NCBI GenBank assembly: GCA_963750645.1
Contig: CAVVRO010000008.1
Location: 770,238-834,237, forward strand
DNA from: an uncultured Microthrixaceae bacterium
GTDB taxonomy: Bacteria; Actinomycetota; Acidimicrobiia; Acidimicrobiales; VFJN01
Reading direction: 5' to 3'
DNA: 64,000 nucleotides
Shown: one piece after another, positions 1-8,410 of the stretch
How the letters are laid out: each line of letters starts with the position of its first letter
Position numbering within the stretch: the stretch's first letter is position 1
Position numbers and translations under genes: made by a program
Notes under the pieces: generated by a model
What the model saw: only the letters and a program-made list of their open reading frames with translations
Databases searched by the model: none
Told to the model about the DNA's origin: nothing

Positions 1-137
1 CGCACCTCGCCGGCCCGACGCTGCCCGTCCCGTCCGGGGTCACGGTGGCTGAGCCCCACGCCCGCCGAGCCACCGGCCACGGCCCGCGCCTCGGCCAGCA
101 CACGGAGGAGGTCCTCGCCGAGCTCGGGCTCAGCTGA
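1..137 (+). CDS. CaiB/BaiF (family III) CoA-transferase, C-terminal end (partial at window edge)
   Basis: Frame 3 reads ...GPRLGQHTEEVLAELGLS*, the typical P-x-LG-x-HT-x-EVL-x-ELG C-terminus of family III CoA-transferases; TGA at 135-137. Confidence 0.7.
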   Translation, partial: HLAGPTLPVPSGVTVAEPHARRATGHGPRLGQHTEEVLAELGLS

Positions 138-190
138 GGTCCCGCCAACCCCAGGGCGCGACGACGGCCGGAGGCAGTGCAGCATCCTGC

Positions 191-284
191 GAGGCGATAG
201 GTCCCACCGCGGCCAGGCCGAGGCGATCAGTCCCATATGCGGGACCCATGTCCTCCAGAGGCCGGCGATGGGACGCATTGCCTC
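191..284. repeat. 94-bp four-unit palindromic intergenic element (REPIN/MITE-like), copy 1
   Basis: 15-bp units at 191-205 (GAGGCGATAGGTCCC) and 220-234 (GAGGCGATCAGTCCC), inverted units at 241-255 and 270-284; spacers 14/6/14; lies between convergent genes; same architecture at 15236-15329. Confidence 0.8.
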
Positions 285-295
285 GCACATGGGGG

Positions 296-1087
296 CTAGG
301 TGAACGTGGCGGTGACGGTGCCGAGGCCGGTGAAGCGGGCCTCGACGTGGTCACCGACGCTGAGGAACGGAGCGGCGGTGCACGATCCGGGCATCACGAG
401 ATGGCCGGCTTCGAGGGAGATGCCGAGGGGCCCGAGCGTGTTGGCCAACCACGCCACCGCCCGGGCCGGGTGGCCCAGCACCGCGGCGCCCGTGCCCGCG
501 CTGACCACCTCCTCGTTGACGAGCAGCTCACACCCGACATCGGGGAGCGACGGCGCCTCCGACACCGGCACCCACGAGGACCCGACGACCATCGCCGCGG
601 CGCTGGCGTTGTCGGCGATCGTGTCAGCGAGGGTGATCCGCCAGTCCACGATGCGGCTGTCGACGACCTCCAGCGACGCGATGACCGCATCGGTGGCCGC
701 CAGCACATCGTCCACGGTGACGCCAGGCCCACGGAGCGGCGCGCGCAGCCGGAAGGTGATCTCCGGCTCGACGCGCGGCTGGCAGAACCTATGCGACGGG
801 ATGTCGGCGCGGTCCGCGAACACCATGTCATCGAGCAGGTGGCCGTAGTCGGGCTCGTCGACGCCGAGCAGCTCCTGCATCGCCTTGGCGGTGAGGCCCA
901 CCTTGTGGCCTCGTACGACGGCGCCAGACGCGCACCGGGCCGCGATGTTGGTGACCTGGACCTCGTACGCGTCCGCGACGCCGAACCCGGGCAGCTGCTC
1001 GGTCAGAGGGGCGATGGGCTGGCGATCGAGCTCGGCCTGACGCAGCTGCCGCGCCGCCTCGATGACGGCTTCCGCGGAGAGGGTCAT
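296..1087 (-). CDS. 2-keto-4-pentenoate hydratase (MhpD/HsaE-like)
   Basis: GHKVGLT, EPDYGHL, PRVEPEI, DTIADNAS, LGHPARAVAWLAN, VMPGSCT motifs. Confidence 0.92.
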   Translation of the reverse strand: MTLSAEAVIEAARQLRQAELDRQPIAPLTEQLPGFGVADAYEVQVTNIAARCASGAVVRGHKVGLTAKAMQELLGVDEPDYGHLLDDMVFADRADIPSHRFCQPRVEPEITFRLRAPLRGPGVTVDDVLAATDAVIASLEVVDSRIVDWRITLADTIADNASAAAMVVGSSWVPVSEAPSLPDVGCELLVNEEVVSAGTGAAVLGHPARAVAWLANTLGPLGISLEAGHLVMPGSCTAAPFLSVGDHVEARFTGLGTVTATFT

Positions 1088-1746
1088 CGAGCCACCGTGT
1101 GGGCGCGCGTGCTGCGCTTCGCGAGGTCGTCGGCCACCGAGAGCACAGCGACTGCCAGCATCTCGAAGTGCCGGACGAGATCCATGTCGTCGCCCCGGAT
1201 CTCGCGGGCGATGAAGAGCCCGTCGGCCATCGCCATGGTGAAGGTGGCGAGGTCGCGCACGCCGGTGTCGTCGAGGTCGGGGAAGTGCTTCTCGTACGAG
1301 GCGACCATCTGCGCGAACGACTCCCCGCGAGTGCGCAGGAACACCGTGCGGGCGCTGAGCTCATCGGGCCGGCGCTCCAGGGTGAGCATCAACCCGAGGC
1401 GGAGGAAGTCCGGCGACGCCAGGAGGGCCCGGGCGGTCCGCTGCAGCAGCGCACCCATGATCTCGACACGGGACGCCCCCTCCTGGATCGGCACCCGGCT
1501 GCTCATGTCCGACGCCCACTGGATGAAGCTGCGCTCGATGACGGCGGCGATGAGCGTGTCCTTGTCCTCGAAGTGCCAGTAGATCGAGCTGGCCGGCAGC
1601 CCCGACCGTTCGCTGACCAGGGCGATGCTCGTGCCGTCATACCCGCGCTCGCCCGCGATCTCGGCCGCCGCGTCGAGGATCCGCTGCCGTGACTCCTCAC
1701 CGTTCGCCCGACGACGACGCGGGGCGGGGCCTGCGCTGGTCACCAC
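1084..1746 (-). CDS. TetR/AcrR family transcriptional regulator
   Basis: HTH RQRILDAA...GYDGTSI...SSIYWHFEDKDTL; GTG at 1746 with GGAGG 7 nt upstream; divergent from the oxygenase operon. Confidence 0.92.
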   Translation of the reverse strand: MVTSAGPAPRRRRANGEESRQRILDAAAEIAGERGYDGTSIALVSERSGLPASSIYWHFEDKDTLIAAVIERSFIQWASDMSSRVPIQEGASRVEIMGALLQRTARALLASPDFLRLGLMLTLERRPDELSARTVFLRTRGESFAQMVASYEKHFPDLDDTGVRDLATFTMAMADGLFIAREIRGDDMDLVRHFEMLAVAVLSVADDLAKRSTRAHTVAR

Positions 1747-1767
1747 GGCATCGCCTCCAACAGGGTC

Positions 1768-1811
1768 TTGACGGCTCTCGGTCCCGCATCTTACTGTAAC
1801 GATCACTACAG
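1768..1811 (+). promoter_or_regulatory. Promoter of the oxygenase operon with overlapping palindromic operator (probable TetR site)
   Basis: TTGACG (1768-1773)-N18-TACTGT (1792-1797); imperfect palindrome CTGTAACGATCACTACAG at 1794-1811 (14/18 symmetric). Confidence 0.7.
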
Positions 1812-1829
1812 GAACAAGAGGGGATCTGC

Positions 1830-2990
1830 ATGCGCCTGGTCGAGGAAGCGAAGCGGGTGGCGCCGGAGCTGGCCGCCGCCGCGGTGGAGGGGGACGAGCT
1901 GCGCCGGTTGCCGGACAGCAGCTGGAAGATCCTCCAGGAGGGCGGGTTCCTGCGAGCGCTGCAACCGGCTCGCTTCGGCGGAGGCGAGGTCACCTTGCTC
2001 GAGTTCGTCGATGCGGTGGTGGAGCTCGCCAAGGCGTCCCCGTCCGCCGGCTGGATCGCCGGCGTGATCGGCGTGCACCCCTGGCAGCTCGCGCTCTTCC
2101 CCGACGAGGCGCAACAGGAGATGTGGGGCGAGGACCCCACGCGGATGCACTCGTCCTCGTACAACCCCACCGGCAAGGCAGCGCGGGTCGACGGTGGTTA
2201 CGAGCTGTCGGGGCGCTGGTCGTTCTCGTCGGGCTGCGACCACTGCCAGGGCGTGAACCTCGGCGCCATCGTCCGTGGCGCGGACACCGGCGGCCCGCCC
2301 GAGTACCGATCGTTCCTGCTGCACCCGGCGCAGTACCGCATCGAGGACAACTGGCACGTCGCCGGTCTGAAGGGGACGGGGAGCAAGGACATCGTCGTGG
2401 AACCGACGTTCGTCCCGGAGCACCGCAGCCAATCGCACGTCGACTACGCGATCGGCGCACCCCTTCCCGGCCAGGAGGTGAACCCGGGTCCGCTCTACCG
2501 GCTGCCGTGGTCCGTCGTGTTCAACATGGCGCTGGCGTCGTCGGTGCTCGGCTCGGCCCAGGGCTTCGTCGACACCTGGATCGCCGAGACCGCCACCCGG
2601 TCGTTGCCGGGCGGGATCAAGCTCGCCGACGACCCGCTCACCCAGCGACGCCTGGCCGAGGCCACCTGGACCCTCGACGCCGCCCTCACGAAGATGCGGG
2701 CCGACGCCACCACCTTGTGGGAGATGGCGGAAGCCGGCCACATCCCGACCATGGCCGAGCGCGGGCAGATGCGCTGGAACCTCAACCGCGGCTGCGAGCT
2801 CGTCGGTGACGCGGTCGCCGACCTGTTCCGCGCGGCGTCGGGTCGGTCGATCTACCTCGACCACCCGCTGCAGCGACGGTTCCAGGACGTGCAGGGCGCC
2901 CTCGGCCACGCCTTCCTCGTGGCGGACCCAGTGGCCAAGGCGGCCGGCGGCGAGCTCCTCGGGACCACGACGCCGGAGCTCGTGCTGTGA
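1830..2990 (+). CDS. Flavin-dependent monooxygenase, oxygenase subunit (HsaA-like, acyl-CoA dehydrogenase fold)
   Basis: LQPARFGG, GVHPWQLALF, SSYNPTG, SGRWSFSSGCDH, WHVAGLKGTGS, PLQRRFQD motifs. Confidence 0.9.
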   Translation: MRLVEEAKRVAPELAAAAVEGDELRRLPDSSWKILQEGGFLRALQPARFGGGEVTLLEFVDAVVELAKASPSAGWIAGVIGVHPWQLALFPDEAQQEMWGEDPTRMHSSSYNPTGKAARVDGGYELSGRWSFSSGCDHCQGVNLGAIVRGADTGGPPEYRSFLLHPAQYRIEDNWHVAGLKGTGSKDIVVEPTFVPEHRSQSHVDYAIGAPLPGQEVNPGPLYRLPWSVVFNMALASSVLGSAQGFVDTWIAETATRSLPGGIKLADDPLTQRRLAEATWTLDAALTKMRADATTLWEMAEAGHIPTMAERGQMRWNLNRGCELVGDAVADLFRAASGRSIYLDHPLQRRFQDVQGALGHAFLVADPVAKAAGGELLGTTTPELVL

Positions 2991-3889
2991 TCGAGTCCCT
3001 GAGCTACATCGGGTTCACCTCCCCGAACGCTGACGAGTGGACCACCTTCGGGCCCGAGGTCCTCGGCCTCGAGCTCGTCGACCCCGGCGCCGACGGTTCG
3101 GTCCGACTCCGGAACGACGACGCCGCCTGGCGGATCGCCATCCACCCTGGCGACACGGATGACCTCGGCTACCTCGGTTGGGCCGTCGGCGGCCCTGACG
3201 GGCTCAGCGCCGCGATCGCCACGCTGCAGGGCGCCGGCGTCGAGGTGCACCTCGGCGACGGAGAGCTCGCGGCGCTCCGGTCCGTGGCGGAGCTCGCGTG
3301 GTTCGTGGATCCCTTCGGCTTCCGCCACGAGCTCAGCCACGGCCAGCATGTCCGGCCCGGGTCCTTCACGCCCGGACGGAACATCTCGGGGTTCGTCACC
3401 GGCCAGGGCGGCCTCGGGCACGCCGTGCTGATCGTCCCCGACTTCGAGGAGGCCACCCGCTTCTACGTCGACCTGCTCGGCTTCCGGCACTCGGACGACA
3501 TCGACATGGGCATCCACGTGCGGTTCCTGCACTGCAACCCTCGCCACCACACCCTCGCCTTCTCGGCCGTGCCGGGGATGGTCGGGTTCCACCACCTCAT
3601 GGTCGAGGTCGGTGACGTCGACGACGTCGGCACCGCCTACGACCTCGTGAACGAGCGCCACCTCCCGGTGGCCATGACCCTGGGACGCCACACCAACGAC
3701 GGCATGACGTCGTTCTACGTGCGCACGCCGTCGGGGTTCGAGGTCGAGTACGGATGCGGGGGACGCCTCCTCGACACGTCGACCCCGTGGGAGCCCGAGC
3801 AGTTCGACGCGATGAGCCACTGGGGCCACAAGCCGCCGGCCGAGGCCCTGTTCCCCGGCATCCTCCGCCCGGCGGAGCTGCGGCAGTGA
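2987..3889 (+). CDS. Extradiol ring-cleavage dioxygenase (HsaC/BphC-like, VOC fold)
   Basis: GLGHAVL, FLHCNPRHHTLA, HHLMVEV, LGRHTND..TSFYVRTPSGFEVEYG; GTGA overlap with the upstream gene. Confidence 0.93.
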   Translation: MIESLSYIGFTSPNADEWTTFGPEVLGLELVDPGADGSVRLRNDDAAWRIAIHPGDTDDLGYLGWAVGGPDGLSAAIATLQGAGVEVHLGDGELAALRSVAELAWFVDPFGFRHELSHGQHVRPGSFTPGRNISGFVTGQGGLGHAVLIVPDFEEATRFYVDLLGFRHSDDIDMGIHVRFLHCNPRHHTLAFSAVPGMVGFHHLMVEVGDVDDVGTAYDLVNERHLPVAMTLGRHTNDGMTSFYVRTPSGFEVEYGCGGRLLDTSTPWEPEQFDAMSHWGHKPPAEALFPGILRPAELRQ

Positions 3890-4713
3890 AGCTCGCCAAC
3901 GTCGACGGCCGAGCCACCGTGGTGCTCGGTGACGAGATCGCGGACGTCGCGACCGCCTCCGACGGCCGGTTCGGACCGTCCCTGGCCGGCGTCTACGACG
4001 AGTGGGCGGCCTTCACCGACTTCGCTGGCACGATCACCGCCGGCTCCGCCCCGCTGGTCGAGGCCGACCTCGGCTGTCCGGTGCCCGAGCCGCGGCAGGT
4101 GTTCGCCATCGGCCTCAACTACCGCAGCCACGCCGAGGAGTCCGGCATGGCCGTCCCGGCGGTGCCCGCCACCTTCACGAAGTTCCCAGCCTGCCTCGGC
4201 GGGCCCTTCGACGACATCGAGATCGCCGGCCCGAGCATCGACTGGGAGGTCGAGCTGGTCGCCGTGATCGGCGCTCGCGCGGACCGCGTCGACGAGAACG
4301 ACGGGTGGGCGCACATCGCCGGCGTCACCGTGGGCCAGGACATCAGCGACCGGGCCCTGCAGTTCGCGGCGGGCGCCCAGTTCTCCCTCGGCAAGTCGCG
4401 CCGGGGCTACGGCCCGATGGGTCCGTGGCTCGTCACCCTCGACGAGGTGCCGGACCCCGACGACCTTGCCCTCGGCTGCTCCGTGGACGGCGAGGTCGTG
4501 CAAGACGCCCGCACGAACGACCTCGTGTTCGGCGTGCCACGGCTCGTGGCCGAGCTCTCCGCCGTGCTGCCCCTGCTCCCCGGCGACGTGATCTTCACCG
4601 GCACCCCCGCTGGGGTCGGCTTCACGCGGTCGCCCGCGAGGTCGCTGCAGCCCGGCAACGTGCTGGAGAGCTGGGTCGAGGGCATCGGCACGATCCGCAA
4701 TCGCTGCGTCTGA
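3886..4713 (+). CDS. Fumarylacetoacetate hydrolase family protein
   Basis: AIGLNYRSH, DWEVEL, QDISDR, GKS, GDVIFTGTPAGVG; GTG overlaps the upstream TGA. Confidence 0.9.
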   Translation: MKLANVDGRATVVLGDEIADVATASDGRFGPSLAGVYDEWAAFTDFAGTITAGSAPLVEADLGCPVPEPRQVFAIGLNYRSHAEESGMAVPAVPATFTKFPACLGGPFDDIEIAGPSIDWEVELVAVIGARADRVDENDGWAHIAGVTVGQDISDRALQFAAGAQFSLGKSRRGYGPMGPWLVTLDEVPDPDDLALGCSVDGEVVQDARTNDLVFGVPRLVAELSAVLPLLPGDVIFTGTPAGVGFTRSPARSLQPGNVLESWVEGIGTIRNRCV

Positions 4714-4733
4714 GGGTCGCGTACCGTGACCAC

Positions 4734-5612
4734 ATGACGGTCGACGTCGTCGTCACCGAGAGCCGTTCGGCGGAAGTCGGCTTCCTGACGGTCCGCCGGG
4801 CCCTCCCACGCCACGGTCGCCGCACCGTCGGCGCGTGGTGCTTCGCCGACCACATGGGCCCGCTCACGGTCACCGAAGAGCAGGGCATCGACATCGGCCC
4901 CCATCCGCACACCGGCTTGCAGACGGTGACGTGGCTCGTGGCCGGGGAGATCGTCCACCGCGACAGCCTCGGCTCCGAGCAGCCGATCCGGCCGGGCCAG
5001 CTCAACCTCATGACCGCCGGGCACGGGGTGTCCCACAGCGAGGAGCGGACGGGCGGCTACCGGGGCGACCTGCACGGCATCCAGCTGTGGGTCGCCCAAC
5101 CGGAGACCACCCGGCACGGCGACCCGGCGTTCGAGCACCACACCGATCTCCCGCGGCTCGATCTCGAGGCGGGCACGGCCACCGTGCTGGCCGGAGCGCT
5201 CGACGGGGCCACCTCGCCGGCGCGCTGCGACACCGAGCACGTCGGCGTCGAGCTCGCGCTGCGATCGGGCCGCTCGACCCTCCCGCTGCACGCCGCCTGG
5301 GAGTACGCGCTCGTGGTCCTGGCGGGGGCGGTCACGATCGACGGCACCCGCGTCGAGCCCGGTCACCTCGGCTTCCTCGGCGCCGGTCGCGACGAGCTCG
5401 CAATCTCCACCGACGCCGCCTCCACGGCGCTTCTCATCGGTGGCATCCCGTTCGACGAGCCGATCCTCATGTGGTGGAACTTCGTCGCCCGCACGCGCAC
5501 CGAGATCAGCGAGGCCCGTGACCAGTGGACCGAAGGCGACGAGCGGTTCGGCACGGTCGACTCGAGCCTGCCGCGGATCCCGGTCGGGCCTCCCCCGTGG
5601 GCGGGCGTCTAG
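4734..5612 (+). CDS. Pirin family protein
   Basis: GAWCFADH, PHPHTGLQTVTWL, HRDSLG, MTAGHGVSHSE, QLWV, MWWNFV; TACCGT-N6-ATG (probably leaderless). Confidence 0.92.
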   Translation: MTVDVVVTESRSAEVGFLTVRRALPRHGRRTVGAWCFADHMGPLTVTEEQGIDIGPHPHTGLQTVTWLVAGEIVHRDSLGSEQPIRPGQLNLMTAGHGVSHSEERTGGYRGDLHGIQLWVAQPETTRHGDPAFEHHTDLPRLDLEAGTATVLAGALDGATSPARCDTEHVGVELALRSGRSTLPLHAAWEYALVVLAGAVTIDGTRVEPGHLGFLGAGRDELAISTDAASTALLIGGIPFDEPILMWWNFVARTRTEISEARDQWTEGDERFGTVDSSLPRIPVGPPPWAGV

Positions 5613-6352
5613 GTGTTGGCAGGGCGGGACGCCAGCGCGGCGCCGGCCTGGTCGACCAGCGCCACTGCCTGGGCCAGCTGCTCCGCCGTGTAGGGCACGG
5701 CCAGCGGTGCGGTGAGGACGAAGCGGCCGAGTCGCACGCCCCGTGACCAGACGGGGATCGTGGCTCCATCCGTGGGCAGCCCATAGCGAGCGGTCTCCCA
5801 AGGGGTCGGCCCCCACTTCACCGAGCCGTCACGGTGGATCACCGGGAGCACCTTGTTGTCGTCGTGGGTCGCCTCGAAGTGGCACTCCACCAGGCCGAGG
5901 AGCTCGGTCAGCTCTGACTCCGCCGCCAGGATCACGTAGTCCGCGTCCTCGCCCTTGGCGACGAGGGCGCCCAAGCCGTGGAGGCTCGCGAGGTCACGAC
6001 GACCGCGGGCAACGGCCCTTCGAGCACGCCGGCCGCGCACGGCGAGCTCGCCGACGGCAAGTCCGACGACCAGCAGCAGGACGGCGGTCTCGATGTCGTC
6101 GCTCGAGTTGATGCGGAGCGAGTAATAGGGCTGGGTGTGGAAGAAGTTGAACGCGCCGGCTGCGAAAAGTGCGGCGATGGCGGCCGCCACGCGGTGTCCG
6201 GTGGCGGCCACCGCGACGACGACCACGACCAGCAGGAGCGCGATGTTCGTGCTCACGAGGTCGTCTCGTAGAGGGATCAGGGCGGCGGCCACCAGCACGG
6301 GCGCCACCATCGCCGCCAGGATGATCCACCGATGCGGGTGGAGGGAGGTCAT
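5609..6352 (-). CDS. Stand-alone DUF4118 (KdpD transmembrane-like) protein with GAF-like C-terminus
   Basis: Four hydrophobic helices with FNFFHTQPYYSLRI, similar to the KdpD TM region (LNWFFAEPTHTFTI) in this window; no kinase domain. Confidence 0.8.
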   Translation of the reverse strand: MTSLHPHRWIILAAMVAPVLVAAALIPLRDDLVSTNIALLLVVVVVAVAATGHRVAAAIAALFAAGAFNFFHTQPYYSLRINSSDDIETAVLLLVVGLAVGELAVRGRRARRAVARGRRDLASLHGLGALVAKGEDADYVILAAESELTELLGLVECHFEATHDDNKVLPVIHRDGSVKWGPTPWETARYGLPTDGATIPVWSRGVRLGRFVLTAPLAVPYTAEQLAQAVALVDQAGAALASRPANT

Positions 6353-6463
6353 GCCCTTGTTCTACGCCCGCAGCGCGTGAAGAGGTCGACAAAAAGGGCC
6401 TTCGGGGTGCAAACAAGTCGCGAAGGCCCTTCCTCTCGGCCGACCGAAGCGTAGAACTGCCCC

Positions 6464-6595
6464 ATGCGCGACATCATCTTCCTGGCCGTCATCGTCGGCT
6501 TCTTCGCCCTGGCCGGCCTCGTGGTCGCGGCCTGCGACCGCATCGTGGGTCCCGATCCGGGCGACCTCGGCCAAACAGGGAAGGGCGACCGATGA
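6464..6595 (+). CDS. 43-aa hydrophobic peptide upstream of kdpF (KdpZ/KdpG-like accessory peptide)
   Basis: Manual translation [43 protein letters not shown]; ATGA overlap with kdpF; absent from the ORF track. Confidence 0.75.
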   Translation: MRDIIFLAVIVGFFALAGLVVAACDRIVGPDPGDLGQTGKGDR

Positions 6596-6681
6596 CCATC
6601 GACAACGCGATCGGCCTGCTGCTCGCGCTCCTCACCGCTGCCTACCTCGTCGCCGCGCTCATCGCGCCGGAGAGGTTCTGA
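6592..6681 (+). CDS. kdpF: K+-transporting ATPase subunit F
   Basis: [29 protein letters not shown] (29 aa, YL..AL..PERF signature), 1 nt before kdpA. Confidence 0.9.
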   Translation: MTIDNAIGLLLALLTAAYLVAALIAPERF

Positions 6682-6682
6682 C

Positions 6683-8410
6683 ATGAGCGGTGCTGCGTGG
6701 CTCCAGCTCCTCGCCCTCCTTGCCTGCATCGCCGTCGGCACGAGGATCCTCGGGCCCTACCTCGCCGGCGTCTTCGGCGACGAGGAGAAGGCCCTCGGTG
6801 ACCGGGCGTTCCTGAGGATCGAGCGACCCATCTACAGACTCTGCGGGATCGATCCCGAACGAGAGCAGCGGTGGAGCACCTACGCGTACTCGCTGCTGGC
6901 CTTCAGCGCCGTCTCCGTCCTGGCCGTCTACGCGATCCAGCGCCTGCAGGGCTCGCTGCCTTTCAACCCCACCGACGTCGGCGCGGTGCCGGAGGCCCTC
7001 TCCTTCAACACCGCGGTCAGCTTCGTCACGAACACGAACTGGCAGAACTACGCCGCCGAGAACACGGTGAGCTACTTCACCCAGATGACGGGCCTCGCGG
7101 TGCAGAACTTCGTGTCGGCCGCCGTGGGCCTCACCGTCGCCGTGGCCCTGATCCGTGGCCTGGCTCGCCGCCGGTCGGCGACGATCGGCAACTTCTGGGT
7201 CGACCTCGTGCGAGGCACGGTGCGGATCCTGCTCCCCCTCTCGATCGTCATCGCGGTCGTGCTGATGAGCCAGGGCGCCCTGCAGACCCTGCGGGGTCCC
7301 GAGACGGCCACCACCCTGGAGCAGGCGACGCAGTCGATCCCCGGCGGTCCCTTCGCCAGCCAGGAGGCCATCAAGGAGCTCGGCACCAACGGTGGCGGCC
7401 CGCTCAACGCCAACTCCGCCCACCCGTTCGAGAACCCCGACGGGTTCACCAACCTCCTGCAGATGGGAGCGATCCTGCTCATCCCGTTCGCGCTCACCTA
7501 CGCCTACGGCCGGATGGTCAAGGACCAGAAGCAGGGCTGGGTCGTCTTCGGCGCCATGTTCGCGCTCTGGGCCGGATCGGTGGCCGTCGCCACCGGCTTC
7601 GAGGTCGGCGGCAACCAAGCCGTCGACGACCTGGGCGTGAACGTCACCCAGGAGGTCACCGACCATCAGGCCGGCGGGAACATGGAGGGCAAGGAGGTCC
7701 GCTTCGGGCCGGCGGCGACCGGGCTCTACGCCGCCACCACCACGGGTACCTCCACCGGTGCCGTCATCGGAGCCCATGACAGCTTCACGCCGCTGGGCGG
7801 GGCCGCCCCGCTCGTGAACATGATGCTGGGAGAGGTGAGCCCCGGCGGGGTCGGCGCTGGCCTGTACGGGATGCTCATCTTCGCCCTCCTGGCGGTCTTC
7901 ATCGCCGGGCTGATGGTGGGCCGCACACCGGAGTTCCTCGGCAAGAAGATCCAGGCCACGGAGATGAAGCTCGTGGTGCTGTACATCCTCGCGGTGCCCT
8001 TGGCCGTGCTCGGGTTCGCCGGAGCGTCGGTGCTGCTGGACTCTGCCTTCTCGTCGATCCTCTCGGGCCACCAGGGTCTGCCGCATGGTCTGACCGAGGT
8101 CACCTACGCCTTCACCTCGGCGTCCAACAACAACGGCTCCGCCTTCGGCGGCCTGACCGGCAACACGGACTGGTACAACACGACCCTCGGCCTCTCGATG
8201 CTGATCGGGCGGTTCCTCCTCATCGTGCCCGCGCTGGCCATCGCCGGATCGCTGGCCCGCAAGCAGGCCACCCCTCCGTCGGCGGGCACCTTCCCCACCG
8301 GTACGCCGCTGTTCTGCGGCCTGCTGGTCGGCGTCGTGCTCATCGTCGTCGGCCTGACCTACTTCCCCGTCCTCGCCCTCGGGCCGATCGTGGAGCAGCT
8401 GAGCCTCTGA
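6683..8410 (+). CDS. kdpA: K+-transporting ATPase subunit A
   Basis: [53 protein letters not shown] motifs. Confidence 0.97.
   Translation: MSGAAWLQLLALLACIAVGTRILGPYLAGVFGDEEKALGDRAFLRIERPIYRLCGIDPEREQRWSTYAYSLLAFSAVSVLAVYAIQRLQGSLPFNPTDVGAVPEALSFNTAVSFVTNTNWQNYAAENTVSYFTQMTGLAVQNFVSAAVGLTVAVALIRGLARRRSATIGNFWVDLVRGTVRILLPLSIVIAVVLMSQGALQTLRGPETATTLEQATQSIPGGPFASQEAIKELGTNGGGPLNANSAHPFENPDGFTNLLQMGAILLIPFALTYAYGRMVKDQKQGWVVFGAMFALWAGSVAVATGFEVGGNQAVDDLGVNVTQEVTDHQAGGNMEGKEVRFGPAATGLYAATTTGTSTGAVIGAHDSFTPLGGAAPLVNMMLGEVSPGGVGAGLYGMLIFALLAVFIAGLMVGRTPEFLGKKIQATEMKLVVLYILAVPLAVLGFAGASVLLDSAFSSILSGHQGLPHGLTEVTYAFTSASNNNGSAFGGLTGNTDWYNTTLGLSMLIGRFLLIVPALAIAGSLARKQATPPSAGTFPTGTPLFCGLLVGVVLIVVGLTYFPVLALGPIVEQLSL

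Noticed and set aside
191-284. Repeat units with equal-length spacers considered as a mini-CRISPR array or attC site
   Set aside because: Units are 15 bp, half are inverted, spacers are only 6-14 nt, and no cas or integrase genes are present
1830-3889. Naming these genes hsaA/hsaC (cholesterol catabolism)
   Set aside because: No hsaB/hsaD alongside and no KstR-type operator; orthology cannot be shown by eye
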